Below, one piece after another: positions 9,030-18,528 of a stretch of 64,000 bases of DNA; the stretch's first letter is position 1, and each line of letters starts with the position of its first letter. Under the pieces are notes generated by a model. That model searched no databases and was not told the DNA's origin. It saw only the letters and a list, made by a program, of their open reading frames with translations. Position numbers and translations under genes: made by a program. The stretch covers positions 256,001-320,000 of the forward strand of contig CAVPLT010000005.1 of assembly GCA_963706325.1 (NCBI GenBank). Reading direction: 5' to 3'. Source of the stretch: an uncultured Nitrospiraceae bacterium (GTDB lineage: Bacteria; Nitrospirota; Nitrospiria; Nitrospirales; Nitrospiraceae).

Positions 9030-10433
9030 TTAGGTTCTTGGTGTCCAAGGCCTGGGAAGTTGATTGATCCCATCCAGCGCGGCGACACGGTAACATTCCG
9101 CCAGCGTGGGGTAATTGAATACGGCATCCACAAAATAATCGATCAGGCCATGATAGGCCATGACGGTTTGGCCGATGTGGATGAGCTCCGTTGCGCCGTC
9201 ACCGATGGCATGGACTCCGAGCAACTCATGCGTCTTATGATGAAACAGGAGCTTTAGCATGCCGATGTCGTCGCCGATGAGTTGCCCCCTGGCGATTTCC
9301 CGGTAGCGAGCGATGCCGACGGCATAGGGGACTCCGTTTTTGGTGAGCTCGTCTTCGTTACGGCCGACCATGGAAATTTCAGGAATCGAATAGATGCCGT
9401 ATGGCATCAATTCCAATTGCGTCTGCAAAGGAATCCCAAATGCATGGCAAGCGGCGTGGCGGCCCTGCTGCATCGACGTGGAAGCCAACGCGGGAAAGCC
9501 GATAATGTCACCGGCCGCATAGATGTGTGGAACTGCGGTTTGATAGTGCTCATTCACCTGAAGCCGTCCGCGCGAGTCAACGGCCAGCCCTACCGCCTCC
9601 AGATTGAGTCGGGCGCTTGCGCCGATTCGTCCGACTGAATAGAGCACGGTCGTGGCGGCGATCTCCTTGCCGCTCTTCAGCCCGACAACCACCTGTTCGG
9701 CGGGATGCGCCTCGATCGATACGACCTCTTCATTCAAGCGCAATGTGACGCCGATGCTGCGCATCTGGTACTGCAGCGCCTCGATGAGTTCTGTGTCCAC
9801 AAATTCCAAGAGGCGGGGCCGCCGCTCAATGAGAGTGACAGGAATACCCATCATGGCCAGGATCGAGGCATATTCCGTTCCGATCACGCCGCCGCCGATG
9901 ATGGTGATGGACTTGGGGAGCTGCTTCAACGTGAGGAGGCCGTCGGTATCGATGATGGTTTCGTCGTCGAATGGAATATGAGCCGGTCTGGCGGGGAGCG
10001 TCCCACAGGCGATGACAATGAAGTCGGCGGTATGTTCGCTGCGGTCTCGCGGGCTTTCAATGCTGAGGCAATGGGCATCCACGAATGCGGCGGTGCCCAC
10101 AAACATTTCGACATTGTTCCGAGCCATCTGGTTGTGGATGATTTCGATTTCACGTTTGATGACGTAATTGGAGCGGAAGGTCAGGTCTTCCATCGTGACG
10201 TCTTGTTTCACGCGGTAACTCGCGCCATACAGACCACGTTGGTGGAATCCCGAGAGATAGAGAACGGCTTCGCGAAGGGATTTGCTGGGGATCGTGCCGG
10301 TATTCGTGCAGACGCCGCCGACGACCAGCTTGCGTTCGATGATGCCGACCTTCTTGCCCAGTTTAGCCGCCTGAATGGCGGCTTTCTGGCCTGCCGGGCC
10401 GGTGCCGATGACTAGGAGATCATAGTGCGCCAT
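9030..10433 (-). CDS. sthA: Soluble pyridine nucleotide transhydrogenase
   Basis: GTGPAG FAD site, GGVCTNTGTIPSK (CxxxxT), FNYPTLAE C-terminus. Confidence 0.93.
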   Translation of the reverse strand: MAHYDLLVIGTGPAGQKAAIQAAKLGKKVGIIERKLVVGGVCTNTGTIPSKSLREAVLYLSGFHQRGLYGASYRVKQDVTMEDLTFRSNYVIKREIEIIHNQMARNNVEMFVGTAAFVDAHCLSIESPRDRSEHTADFIVIACGTLPARPAHIPFDDETIIDTDGLLTLKQLPKSITIIGGGVIGTEYASILAMMGIPVTLIERRPRLLEFVDTELIEALQYQMRSIGVTLRLNEEVVSIEAHPAEQVVVGLKSGKEIAATTVLYSVGRIGASARLNLEAVGLAVDSRGRLQVNEHYQTAVPHIYAAGDIIGFPALASTSMQQGRHAACHAFGIPLQTQLELMPYGIYSIPEISMVGRNEDELTKNGVPYAVGIARYREIARGQLIGDDIGMLKLLFHHKTHELLGVHAIGDGATELIHIGQTVMAYHGLIDYFVDAVFNYPTLAECYRVAALDGINQLPRPWTPRT

Positions 10434-10445
10434 GACACTTCTCTT

Positions 10446-10636
10446 GCAGGATGGTGAACAGGGCTGCGGCTATCGTGTTCGTGGCACTGCAAGTGTCGAC
10501 GGACCTGCACTCAGCCGCCTCATCTCTCAGGCACGGCCGGCTCATCATCTTACCGGCGTCCACCTACGTGACGCTCATGAGGCTTCGCGCCATGAACCTC
10601 ACTGCGGCCTGGCCACCAGCCGTATGACCAGCTTGC
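10446..10636. repeat. Degenerate MITE-like intergenic element
   Basis: Imperfect terminal inverted repeats GCAGGATGGTGAA / ATGACCAGCTTGC; internal CTGCGGCCT shared with the 31622 element. Confidence 0.4.
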
Positions 10637-10670
10637 CGATTAACGCCAGGTATGGACCGTCGATGCTGTC

Positions 10671-11339
10671 TCAGCTGGCGGTGATGAGCGAATGTGCAAA
10701 TCGAAAGGCCTCATCCAGGTCGGGAAGTTGCGCGAGCTCCGGCGTGATTTGGAGATAGCGGACTTTGTTGTGCTTATCCACCACCATCACGGCGCGGCTC
10801 AAGAAATGAGGATCCTTGAGCAATAGGCCGTGGGCTTTGCCGAAATCGGCGGCGCGGAAGTCGGACAAGAACGTCACATTCGCGATCTTCGCCTCTTCCG
10901 CGAAGCGTTTTTGCGCGAAGGGCGTGTCGATGCTAATGGTGATAAGTTCTACCATCCGATCAAGGCCCTTGTTCTTTTCACTCAGATAGTGGGTTTGTTG
11001 CTCGCAGACCTTCGTATCGAGCGAAGGGACGATACTGATGATGCGCACCTTTCCTTTACCCTTGGTCTCGTTGATGTTGACCATCGAGAGGTCCGTTTGG
11101 ACCAGTTTCACATCTCGCAGGTTGTCGCCGACCTTGATGCCCATGCCAGAGAGCGCCATAGGCTTGCCTTGAAAGAGGATGTTATTGCCTTCGCCAGCCA
11201 CGGCGCTGCCGTTGGCCACCGCGAGATTTTTGTACGCAAAATCAGGTGTGCCTGCGCTGGGCAATGCCCCGCAGCCGGAAAGGGCTAGGCAGCAAATCAG
11301 TACGTAAGAGGCCAGACAATGGAATGGCGTCGGTCGCAT
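10671..11339 (-). CDS. tpx: Thiol peroxidase (Tpx family), predicted lipoprotein
   Basis: VPSLDTKVC peroxidatic motif, ISIDTPFAQKRF, lipobox LSGC. Confidence 0.88.
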   Translation of the reverse strand: MRPTPFHCLASYVLICCLALSGCGALPSAGTPDFAYKNLAVANGSAVAGEGNNILFQGKPMALSGMGIKVGDNLRDVKLVQTDLSMVNINETKGKGKVRIISIVPSLDTKVCEQQTHYLSEKNKGLDRMVELITISIDTPFAQKRFAEEAKIANVTFLSDFRAADFGKAHGLLLKDPHFLSRAVMVVDKHNKVRYLQITPELAQLPDLDEAFRFAHSLITAS

Positions 11340-11412
11340 AGGAAATCTCCATCAATAAATAAACGGCGTCGAAACCTGTCTAGGCCACTGTATGGATGCG
11401 TTTGACGGTCTG

Positions 11413-12375
11413 TCAAGGTTGCATGAAGTCGATAAGGTGCCGATTGACGATCTGCGGTTGTTCCCATTGTGGAATATGGCCGGAGGCGCGGACGATCTTC
11501 AGTGTGGAGTGGGGGATGGCAGCTTGCAGTTCGCGACCAACCTGTGGGGGAAAGAGCCGATCGTGTTCACCCCAGAGAATCAGCGTGGAGTGGCGGATTT
11601 CGTGAAGCCTGGTCGCAAAGTGTTGTTCCCATAAAGGCAGACTGTCTCTGATCGACAGCAGCGGCGCGATGAGGTTTGCTCGTTGTCGATTTCGGTTGGA
11701 GCGATCGAGGACGGCGGGCGTCAGTAAGCGATGGTCGAACACAATCTCCTTGAGTACTGCATCTGTGCCCGTGTTCGGGAACAGCCAGTTGCCGAGACGC
11801 GCCAGCCATACCGGCATGCGCGTATTCACCGCGCGTTGCATCAGCGGGCTGGCCAAACGTTCGCGCACATGGTCAGGCAAGCCGTCGATCAACACCAGTC
11901 GGTCGACTCGCTGAGGATGGGTCAGCGCCATGCCGATCGCCACGCCCGCCCCCATGGAATTGCCGATCAGTGTGGCCGTGGTGAGGCTCAGCTCGTCCAT
12001 GAGCCCACGGATTGACTCGATGAGCTCTTCGGGCCGATAGTCGAGGTCCGGTTTATCCGAGAGGCCGGATCCGATCAAATCCGGCGTAATGACACGGAAG
12101 TGGGCGGACAAGGGAAGCTGCTGATATTCCCATTGCCACATGGATCCGCCGTAGCCGTGGATCAGGATAAGCGGTGGGCCCTGGCCCTCGTCGAGATAGG
12201 CGATGCGATGACCATTGACTGATGCGGTCTTGATAGGTAACCGCTGGATGCCGTCGAACCAGGGAGGCATGTCTGAAGTTCCCGCGCACCCGCTCATAAG
12301 GACCACCGCGATCCAGACCGCTGCTAGAGTGGCCGACGCGAGCGTTGCCAGCCGGGTGAGCCACGCCGGACGCAT
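11413..12375 (-). CDS. Alpha/beta hydrolase, predicted lipoprotein
   Basis: IHGYGG, DLIGSGLSDKP, GNSMG, GHIPQWE; lipobox-like MSGC. Confidence 0.9.
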   Translation of the reverse strand: MRPAWLTRLATLASATLAAVWIAVVLMSGCAGTSDMPPWFDGIQRLPIKTASVNGHRIAYLDEGQGPPLILIHGYGGSMWQWEYQQLPLSAHFRVITPDLIGSGLSDKPDLDYRPEELIESIRGLMDELSLTTATLIGNSMGAGVAIGMALTHPQRVDRLVLIDGLPDHVRERLASPLMQRAVNTRMPVWLARLGNWLFPNTGTDAVLKEIVFDHRLLTPAVLDRSNRNRQRANLIAPLLSIRDSLPLWEQHFATRLHEIRHSTLILWGEHDRLFPPQVGRELQAAIPHSTLKIVRASGHIPQWEQPQIVNRHLIDFMQP

Positions 12376-12381
12376 GATCGG

Positions 12382-14367
12382 CTACTCCAATTGCAGGACG
12401 GTTTCGTCGATCTTGACGTTGTCTCCTTCAGCGACCAGGATGGCCGTCACCCGCCCATCCATCGGCGCCGGGACTTGGCTTTCCATCTTCATCGCTTCGA
12501 TGATCAACAGCGGATCGCCGGTTTTCACCTCGGCTCCCTCTGCCACCAACACCTTCACGACGCGGCCTGGCATGGGGGGGGCGACGTCGCCCGGCTTGGT
12601 CGGCTTGGGGCGCTTCGGCTTGGCCTTGCTGCCGCTCGTGGGTGCTTCGGGCACACCGGCAAGCACCTCCTGCAAAGGTTCCAGGGAGACTTCCTGCAAG
12701 CGGTCGTTGACGCGGATGTAGTACGGCTTGCGACCATCGGTGGTGCGGCCCGAACCCGACACCACGACGTGGTACGTTTCGCCGTGCACGGTGATATTGA
12801 ACTCTGCCGGGGCGAGGTGAAGGTCGTGTGCCACGGCTGGACCTTTGGTTTCCGCCGGCTCAAGCGGTTCAGGCTGAAGCTCGCCGCGCTCGCGCGCTTC
12901 AAAAAAGTCCCTCGCGATGGCCGGAAACAGCGCAAACGACAATTGATCTTCTATGGTGGTCGCCGTGGCGGGCATATCCTTCTTGAGCTTCTCAAATTCC
13001 GGCTCCAGCCGGTCCGCAGGCCGTCCCTTGACTGGTTCTTCATCGCCGATCGCCCGCGCCATCACAGCCATGTCGAGCGCGCCTGGCGCACGGCCGTACA
13101 GCCCCAGGAAATAGTTCTTCGTCTCAGTGGTAATCACCTTGTAGCGCTCGCCCTGTTCCCCGGTTAGCACGTTCAGCGTCGCCTGCGTGCCGACGATCTG
13201 GCTGGTCGGTGTGACCAATGGGGGGTAACCCATTTCTTTACGGACCCGAGGCACTTCATCGAGCACTTCCTTCATGCGATCGATCGCATCCTGTTCAGCC
13301 AGTTGCGCGGCCAGATTCGACAACATGCCGCCGGGAATTTGCGAGGTGAGGATTTCCGCGTCCACCCCGGTGAAGTCGCTTTCAAACTGACGGTACTTTC
13401 GGCGCACGTTGCGGAAGTGTTCAGTGACCGGTTCGAACTGCCGCAGATCCAAGCCCGTATCGTATGGCGTATTGCGCAGGCTGGCGATCATGGTCTCGGT
13501 CGGTGGATGCGAAGTCCCACCCGCCAGTGGAGACACGGAGGTATCCAGCATGTCCAATCCCCCCAGGATCGCCATAAGGGAGGACATTGAGGCCATCCCA
13601 GAGGTGTAGTGGCTATGGAGATGGATAGGGACCTGTACGGCTTTTTTGAGCCGGCGGATCAGATGATAGGCATCAAGCGGGGCGAGCAAGCCGGCCATGT
13701 CTTTGATGCAGAGCGTATCGGTGCCCAGATCTTCCAATTGCTTCGCCATCGATACGAACCGGTCGAGGCTGTGGACGGGACTCACGGTGTAGCAAATCGT
13801 CGCTTCAACGTGTTTGCCGCAGGCCTTCACCTCACGGATGGCCCGGTCGAGGTTGCGGACATCGTTCAGCGCATCAAAAATACGGAAGACGTCGATTCCA
13901 TTCGCCGCTGACCGTTCAATGAACTTGTCGAGGACGTCATCGGCGTAATGCCGGTATCCCACGAGGTTTTGGCCGCGGAGCAGCATCTGTAACTTGGTGT
14001 TGGGCATCGCCTCACGAAGGGCGCGCAGACGTTCCCAGGGATCTTCCTTGAGAAACCGCAGGCAGGTATCGAAGGTCGCTCCGCCCCAGACTTCCAACGA
14101 CCAATACCCGATCGCATCCAGCTTCTGGGCGATCGGGAGCATGTCTTCCGTCCGCATCCGCGTAGCCAGCAGCGACTGGTGCCCATCGCGAAAGGCCACG
14201 TCGGTCAGTAAAAGTTTCTTTCCCGGCGCCGGCTCCAACGCAAGCTCAGGCCTCGCCGGTTGCACGTTTCTGACGCTGCGTGTAGCAGCCGTCCGAGCGG
14301 GTTTGGCGGACGGTTTCTTCGTGACGCGTGTTGAAGAGACGGCTTTCTTGGTCTTTTTCGTTGCCAT
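12382..14367 (-). CDS. pycB: Pyruvate (or 2-oxoglutarate) carboxylase, carboxyltransferase/biotin-carrier subunit
   Basis: RDGHQSLLATR, WGGATFD, IKDMAG, HLHSH, C-terminal EAMKME biotinylation site. Confidence 0.85.
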   Translation of the reverse strand: MATKKTKKAVSSTRVTKKPSAKPARTAATRSVRNVQPARPELALEPAPGKKLLLTDVAFRDGHQSLLATRMRTEDMLPIAQKLDAIGYWSLEVWGGATFDTCLRFLKEDPWERLRALREAMPNTKLQMLLRGQNLVGYRHYADDVLDKFIERSAANGIDVFRIFDALNDVRNLDRAIREVKACGKHVEATICYTVSPVHSLDRFVSMAKQLEDLGTDTLCIKDMAGLLAPLDAYHLIRRLKKAVQVPIHLHSHYTSGMASMSSLMAILGGLDMLDTSVSPLAGGTSHPPTETMIASLRNTPYDTGLDLRQFEPVTEHFRNVRRKYRQFESDFTGVDAEILTSQIPGGMLSNLAAQLAEQDAIDRMKEVLDEVPRVRKEMGYPPLVTPTSQIVGTQATLNVLTGEQGERYKVITTETKNYFLGLYGRAPGALDMAVMARAIGDEEPVKGRPADRLEPEFEKLKKDMPATATTIEDQLSFALFPAIARDFFEARERGELQPEPLEPAETKGPAVAHDLHLAPAEFNITVHGETYHVVVSGSGRTTDGRKPYYIRVNDRLQEVSLEPLQEVLAGVPEAPTSGSKAKPKRPKPTKPGDVAPPMPGRVVKVLVAEGAEVKTGDPLLIIEAMKMESQVPAPMDGRVTAILVAEGDNVKIDETVLQLE

Positions 14368-14437
14368 ACTGGCGGCCTTGGGCGGCGGATCCGCATATGT
14401 GACAGGGTTAAGGTGTTGCTGCCTTGTGGCGGGGAGG

Positions 14438-15856
14438 TCAGAGTCCTTCGTAGGCGGCGATTGCTGCGGAAATCGCCAACACCAAGTCCTCGGGCTCCTC
14501 GGATTCTTCGTACTGATACAGATCCGGATGGGTGTCCAGGTAGGAGGTATCGAACCGTCCGGCCTGAAAATCCTGTTCCATCATTATGTTCATCATGAAC
14601 GGGATCGTCGTCTTGACTCCACGCAGAACATATTCTTCAAGCGAGCGCCGCATGCGGCTGACCGCCTCCTCCCACGTGCGTCCGCGGACGGTGAGTTTCG
14701 CCAGCAGCGCATCATAATAGGGGGGAATCGTGTAGTCGCGATAGACGGCTCCGTCAATGCGGACCCCGATGCCGCCGGGTGAAAGGTATGCTGTGATGGT
14801 GCCGGTGCAGGGCATGAAGTTGTTGCGCGGGTCTTCGGCGTTGATGCGGCACTGAATCGCATGGCCCTGCAGCGTCACATCCTTTTGGCGAATCTCCAAG
14901 GGCTTGCCTGCTGCGATCGAGATTTGATTTCGTACGATGTCGATGGCCGTGATTTGCTCCGTAACCGTATGTTCGACCTGCAGTCGCGGGTTCATTTCCA
15001 TGAAGTAGAAATGCCCCTCGTGGTCGAGGAGGAACTCGACCGTGCCGGCATTGTCGTAGTGCACCGCTTTGGCAATGGCGATGGCGGCCTCGCCCATCTG
15101 TGCGCGAAGTTTCGTCGTGAGGATCAGCGAGGGGGCAATTTCGATCAGTTTCTGATGGCGGCGCTGGATGGAGCAATCCCGCTCCCCCAGATGGATGATA
15201 TTGCCGTGTTTATCGCCCAGGATTTGAAATTCAATATGGTGCGGCCGTTCGATATATTTCTCGATGAAAATGCTGCCGTCGCCGAAGGCCGCCTGTGCTT
15301 CGCGCGAGGCAACTGCCATATTCTCACGCAGCTCCTGGTCGGACCGGACGACCCGCAGGCCGCGACCCCCGCCGCCGGCGCTGGCCTTGATCATAACCGG
15401 GTAGTTGATACGATGGACGAATGCCAGGGCCTCTTCGAGGCTGGTCACTCCACCTTCGGTGCCTGGCACGATTGGGACGCCCGCCTGTTGCGCAATCTCC
15501 CGCGCCTTGACCTTGCTGCCCATCAGATCAATTGTCTCGGGAGACGGACCAATGAAGGTAATGCCGGACGTTTGGCAGAGGCGGGCGAAATTTGCGTTTT
15601 CTGAGAGGAACCCGTATCCCGGATGGATTGCATCAGCGCCAATGCGCTTCGCGATCTCCACGATCTGTTTCCCGTCCAAGAAACCCTTGACGGGTCCGGG
15701 ACCTACCAGGTAGGACTCGTCGGCTTTTTTGACGTAGATGCCGGAAGAATCGGCTTCGGAATAGATCGCCGCCGTCGCGATATTGAGCTCGCGACAGCCA
15801 CGGATGATGCGCATGGCGATTTCGCCACGGTTGGCAACCAGAATCTTCCGAAACAT
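14438..15856 (-). CDS. pycA: Biotin carboxylase subunit
   Basis: ANRGEIA, HPGYGFLSEN, GGGGRG, ERDCSIQRRHQK, EMNPRLQVEH; adjacent to the transferase subunit. Confidence 0.85.
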   Translation of the reverse strand: MFRKILVANRGEIAMRIIRGCRELNIATAAIYSEADSSGIYVKKADESYLVGPGPVKGFLDGKQIVEIAKRIGADAIHPGYGFLSENANFARLCQTSGITFIGPSPETIDLMGSKVKAREIAQQAGVPIVPGTEGGVTSLEEALAFVHRINYPVMIKASAGGGGRGLRVVRSDQELRENMAVASREAQAAFGDGSIFIEKYIERPHHIEFQILGDKHGNIIHLGERDCSIQRRHQKLIEIAPSLILTTKLRAQMGEAAIAIAKAVHYDNAGTVEFLLDHEGHFYFMEMNPRLQVEHTVTEQITAIDIVRNQISIAAGKPLEIRQKDVTLQGHAIQCRINAEDPRNNFMPCTGTITAYLSPGGIGVRIDGAVYRDYTIPPYYDALLAKLTVRGRTWEEAVSRMRRSLEEYVLRGVKTTIPFMMNIMMEQDFQAGRFDTSYLDTHPDLYQYEESEEPEDLVLAISAAIAAYEGL

Positions 15857-16032
15857 GATGGGATTGCGAGAGGATTGGAGCCGCAGCTCACCTCTGGTTC
15901 GCCTCCAAAAAAGATCGCGTAACCTAGCATAGGGTCAAGAGAGTTGTCGAGACGAACGAGGACGACAGACCGAGTGCGGGTGGGTGCGCGAGGCAGGGCG
16001 GGAAGTGGTAAACCTCCTGCCCCTTGGAGGTT

Positions 16033-16482
16033 TTACTTGGTTTGGATGAGCACCGGCTTGGATTGGGCGCTGCCGCCACCGGCCACCACGATAATAAAGG
16101 ACATGCCGGCCTTCGCCTCCGGCACCACCGCTTCGATGGTAGTGTCATTCAGAAATTGATAGTCGACCTTTTCTTTGGAGGCGGCGCTAAAGGTCACGCC
16201 ATGGAAGCACTCCTTGCTCCCGAAATTTTCACCTTTGATTGTCACCTTCTCGCCGGGTTTAGCTTCATCTGGCTCAACCTTGGCGATGGAAGGGCGCTTC
16301 GAGCGGTCGCAGACCGGATCTTTCTCGAGTTTGGACGCGTCCGATCCCTTAATGGATTCGGTGTCGAACAGGGTAAATCCCGCCCCTTCCACCATCGCTC
16401 CTTCTTGAGCATGGCTGGTGTGGACGGTCACGAACGGAAAACACAGGATGAGGGCGATGACGGGGATGATCGTAGTACGCAT
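16033..16482 (-). CDS. Exported IPT/TIG domain protein
   Basis: Signal peptide; PSIAKVEP..AKPGEKVTIKGENFG...TIEAVVP. Confidence 0.8.
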   Translation of the reverse strand: MRTTIIPVIALILCFPFVTVHTSHAQEGAMVEGAGFTLFDTESIKGSDASKLEKDPVCDRSKRPSIAKVEPDEAKPGEKVTIKGENFGSKECFHGVTFSAASKEKVDYQFLNDTTIEAVVPEAKAGMSFIIVVAGGGSAQSKPVLIQTK

Positions 16483-16493
16483 GAATGCCTCCT

Positions 16494-17318
16494 TTATGGA
16501 GATGATGTCTTTGGGAGCGGCGTATAGAATTCACTGATGATTTTCTGTCCGTCATCCGAGAGCGCAAATTGCTCGAATGCTTCGACGAGCGGATCAGGCT
16601 CGCTCTTGGAGAGCAGCAAGACCGGGCGTCGTAGCGAGTAGCGGCCATCCTTGACGGTGGGTGTTTCCGGTTCCACCTTATCCACCGGTAGCAGACGAAC
16701 GGGCACCCCTGAAGCGACGGCCTCCAAGGCTTGACCGAGCGAGACATAGGCAACCGCCGAGTGAGGCGGTAGTGTGCCGGCGATTGTTTTGATGACTTTT
16801 TCGTCCTTCGCAATGATTTTAGTGCCGTCAGGAATCTTGCCGACAATATGAAGCTGTTGCTCAAAAGCATCGCGGTTATTTTCGTTGCGGGGTCGGTCGA
16901 TGAGGAGGACTTTCGTATCCGGCCCACCCAAATCGGCCCACATCTTGAATTTTCCAGAAAACAGCTCGGCGACCTCTTGCTTGGTGACTTCCTTCGTGAA
17001 GTTGGATCTGTGCACCATGATGGTAATGCCGTCCCAAGCAATTTGAAGGGATCGAAGCCCGGTATTCGCGGTTCCGGTGACGGCAATCCTAGCCTGGTTG
17101 GCCTTGACCATTTCGATGGGTTTGGACTTGTCGTCGAATATGACGTCGAGATAGGTGCGGGGATTTGATTTTTCGAAGGCGTGGGCCAGTGATTCCATCA
17201 TGCGTTGTTCGGGGCCATGACCGGCGATGATGAGTGATCCTGCCACCTCGGCTGGAGCCGGCAGTGCGGTGAGATAGAAGAGGGCGGCACAGACAAATCC
17301 GCTGATACGGGTGTGCAT
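16494..17318 (-). CDS. PstS-like periplasmic binding protein
   Basis: Signal peptide, IAWDGITIMVH, WADLGG, GRYSLRRP, FALSDDGQKII. Confidence 0.8.
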   Translation of the reverse strand: MHTRISGFVCAALFYLTALPAPAEVAGSLIIAGHGPEQRMMESLAHAFEKSNPRTYLDVIFDDKSKPIEMVKANQARIAVTGTANTGLRSLQIAWDGITIMVHRSNFTKEVTKQEVAELFSGKFKMWADLGGPDTKVLLIDRPRNENNRDAFEQQLHIVGKIPDGTKIIAKDEKVIKTIAGTLPPHSAVAYVSLGQALEAVASGVPVRLLPVDKVEPETPTVKDGRYSLRRPVLLLSKSEPDPLVEAFEQFALSDDGQKIISEFYTPLPKTSSP

Positions 17319-17419
17319 ACTGAACGTTTCTTCCTATCATTCGGTGAGCCGATGCGCTGCCCTGCCAGACGGTATGAGAAGCTGGGCGAAACAGGTAGCC
17401 GGCCCCTGTGAGTTCTATT

Positions 17420-17752
17420 TCAAGAGCCGTTACCCTCGGTTGAGGTGGGGCTGCCGTTGCCTGACATCATATCCCCTGACATCATATCCGAAGTGACATC
17501 CACCCGTTTGCCCATGGCGGGGGGAAGTTTAGAGAACCGATCCATCCGCTCATGCAGCATGTTGTAGGCCTGCATTTCCTTGAAGCCGGTCTTATGCGTT
17601 CCCTTGACCTGGGAGGCAAATGCGGAGAGCACCCTCGTGGCGCCAATTCCTTTGCAGTGCGGACAGGCGGTATCTTCAGGCCTCGCGTGGATGGATTGGG
17701 TGGCCTCAAACTGGTGCGTGCATTGTTCGCAACGATATTCGTAGACCGGCAT
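17420..17752 (-). CDS. FmdB-family zinc-ribbon protein
   Basis: MPVYEYRCEQC...FE...CPHC. Confidence 0.88.
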   Translation of the reverse strand: MPVYEYRCEQCTHQFEATQSIHARPEDTACPHCKGIGATRVLSAFASQVKGTHKTGFKEMQAYNMLHERMDRFSKLPPAMGKRVDVTSDMMSGDMMSGNGSPTSTEGNGS

Positions 17753-17909
17753 AGCGACTCCTTGGATAAAGCCCCATGGCCGAGCGCCGGGGTGTGAGTC
17801 TGGATGAAGCGGTTTCCCTGCTGGTTACGCTTGACCCTGTGCATATCTTTGCACTATTGTACCGAAAACTTGTGCTGAAACGCGAGTCACAATTGGAGGA
17901 CAGTTTCAA

Positions 17910-18086
17910 ATGCCCCTGTTAATTCGGAAGTACAAAGGCAACAGCGGTATCATGCAGGAAGAACGTATCGACGATCCCGATCGGATCGAACGCTACATGC
18001 GTCTCTTCGACGAAAAAGACGTGAAGAAGTTAGAGACGGGCGTCAAGACGGTGATCGAGAAGGATGAGTGGCTGCTCCTGCCATAG
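17910..18086 (+). CDS. Small hypothetical protein (58 aa), below the ORF-track cutoff
   Basis: GGAGGA at 17895-17900; MPLLIRKYKGNSGIMQEERIDDPDRIERYMRLFDEKDVKKLETGVKTVIEKDEWLLLP. Confidence 0.7.
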   Translation: MPLLIRKYKGNSGIMQEERIDDPDRIERYMRLFDEKDVKKLETGVKTVIEKDEWLLLP

Positions 18087-18230
18087 GCACCTCCCGGTTT
18101 CATCACACCACCCGGCGTTTAACACTGTCACTGATTTTGCTGAGAGAGTGCCCCGTGCGCATTGCCCTCTTGGCTTTTCTCATGATAGGGTGCTCTCCGG
18201 CGACAGTGATGCAGGCATCCCAGGGGGACC

Positions 18231-18434
18231 ATGGTCTATTGGCTTCATATTGCACGCGCGATCGATCGAGTCACACTTCACCGGGATCGGTGCTCGGAAG
18301 TGCCTTCCAGTGTCTCAAGCAGTGATTTCTGGGAAGGAGGCTGGTTTGACTATCCCGACAAGGAACGGGCGCTGGCGGCAATGGAACAGGCCGGCACCAC
18401 CGATGAACGCAAATGCGCGCTCTGCAAGCCTTAA
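18231..18434 (+). CDS. Small putative metal-binding protein
   Basis: AGGGGG RBS-like site; HxxxC plus terminal CxxCKP. Confidence 0.55.
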   Translation: MVYWLHIARAIDRVTLHRDRCSEVPSSVSSSDFWEGGWFDYPDKERALAAMEQAGTTDERKCALCKP

Positions 18435-18528
18435 TACCTGACGCGCCTTGTTGAACGCAGCGGTAAGCCAAAGTCCCTCTCGACATTTTAATTCGTTGTA
18501 CTAGTTTCGACTCCCATCTCTCTTCGCC

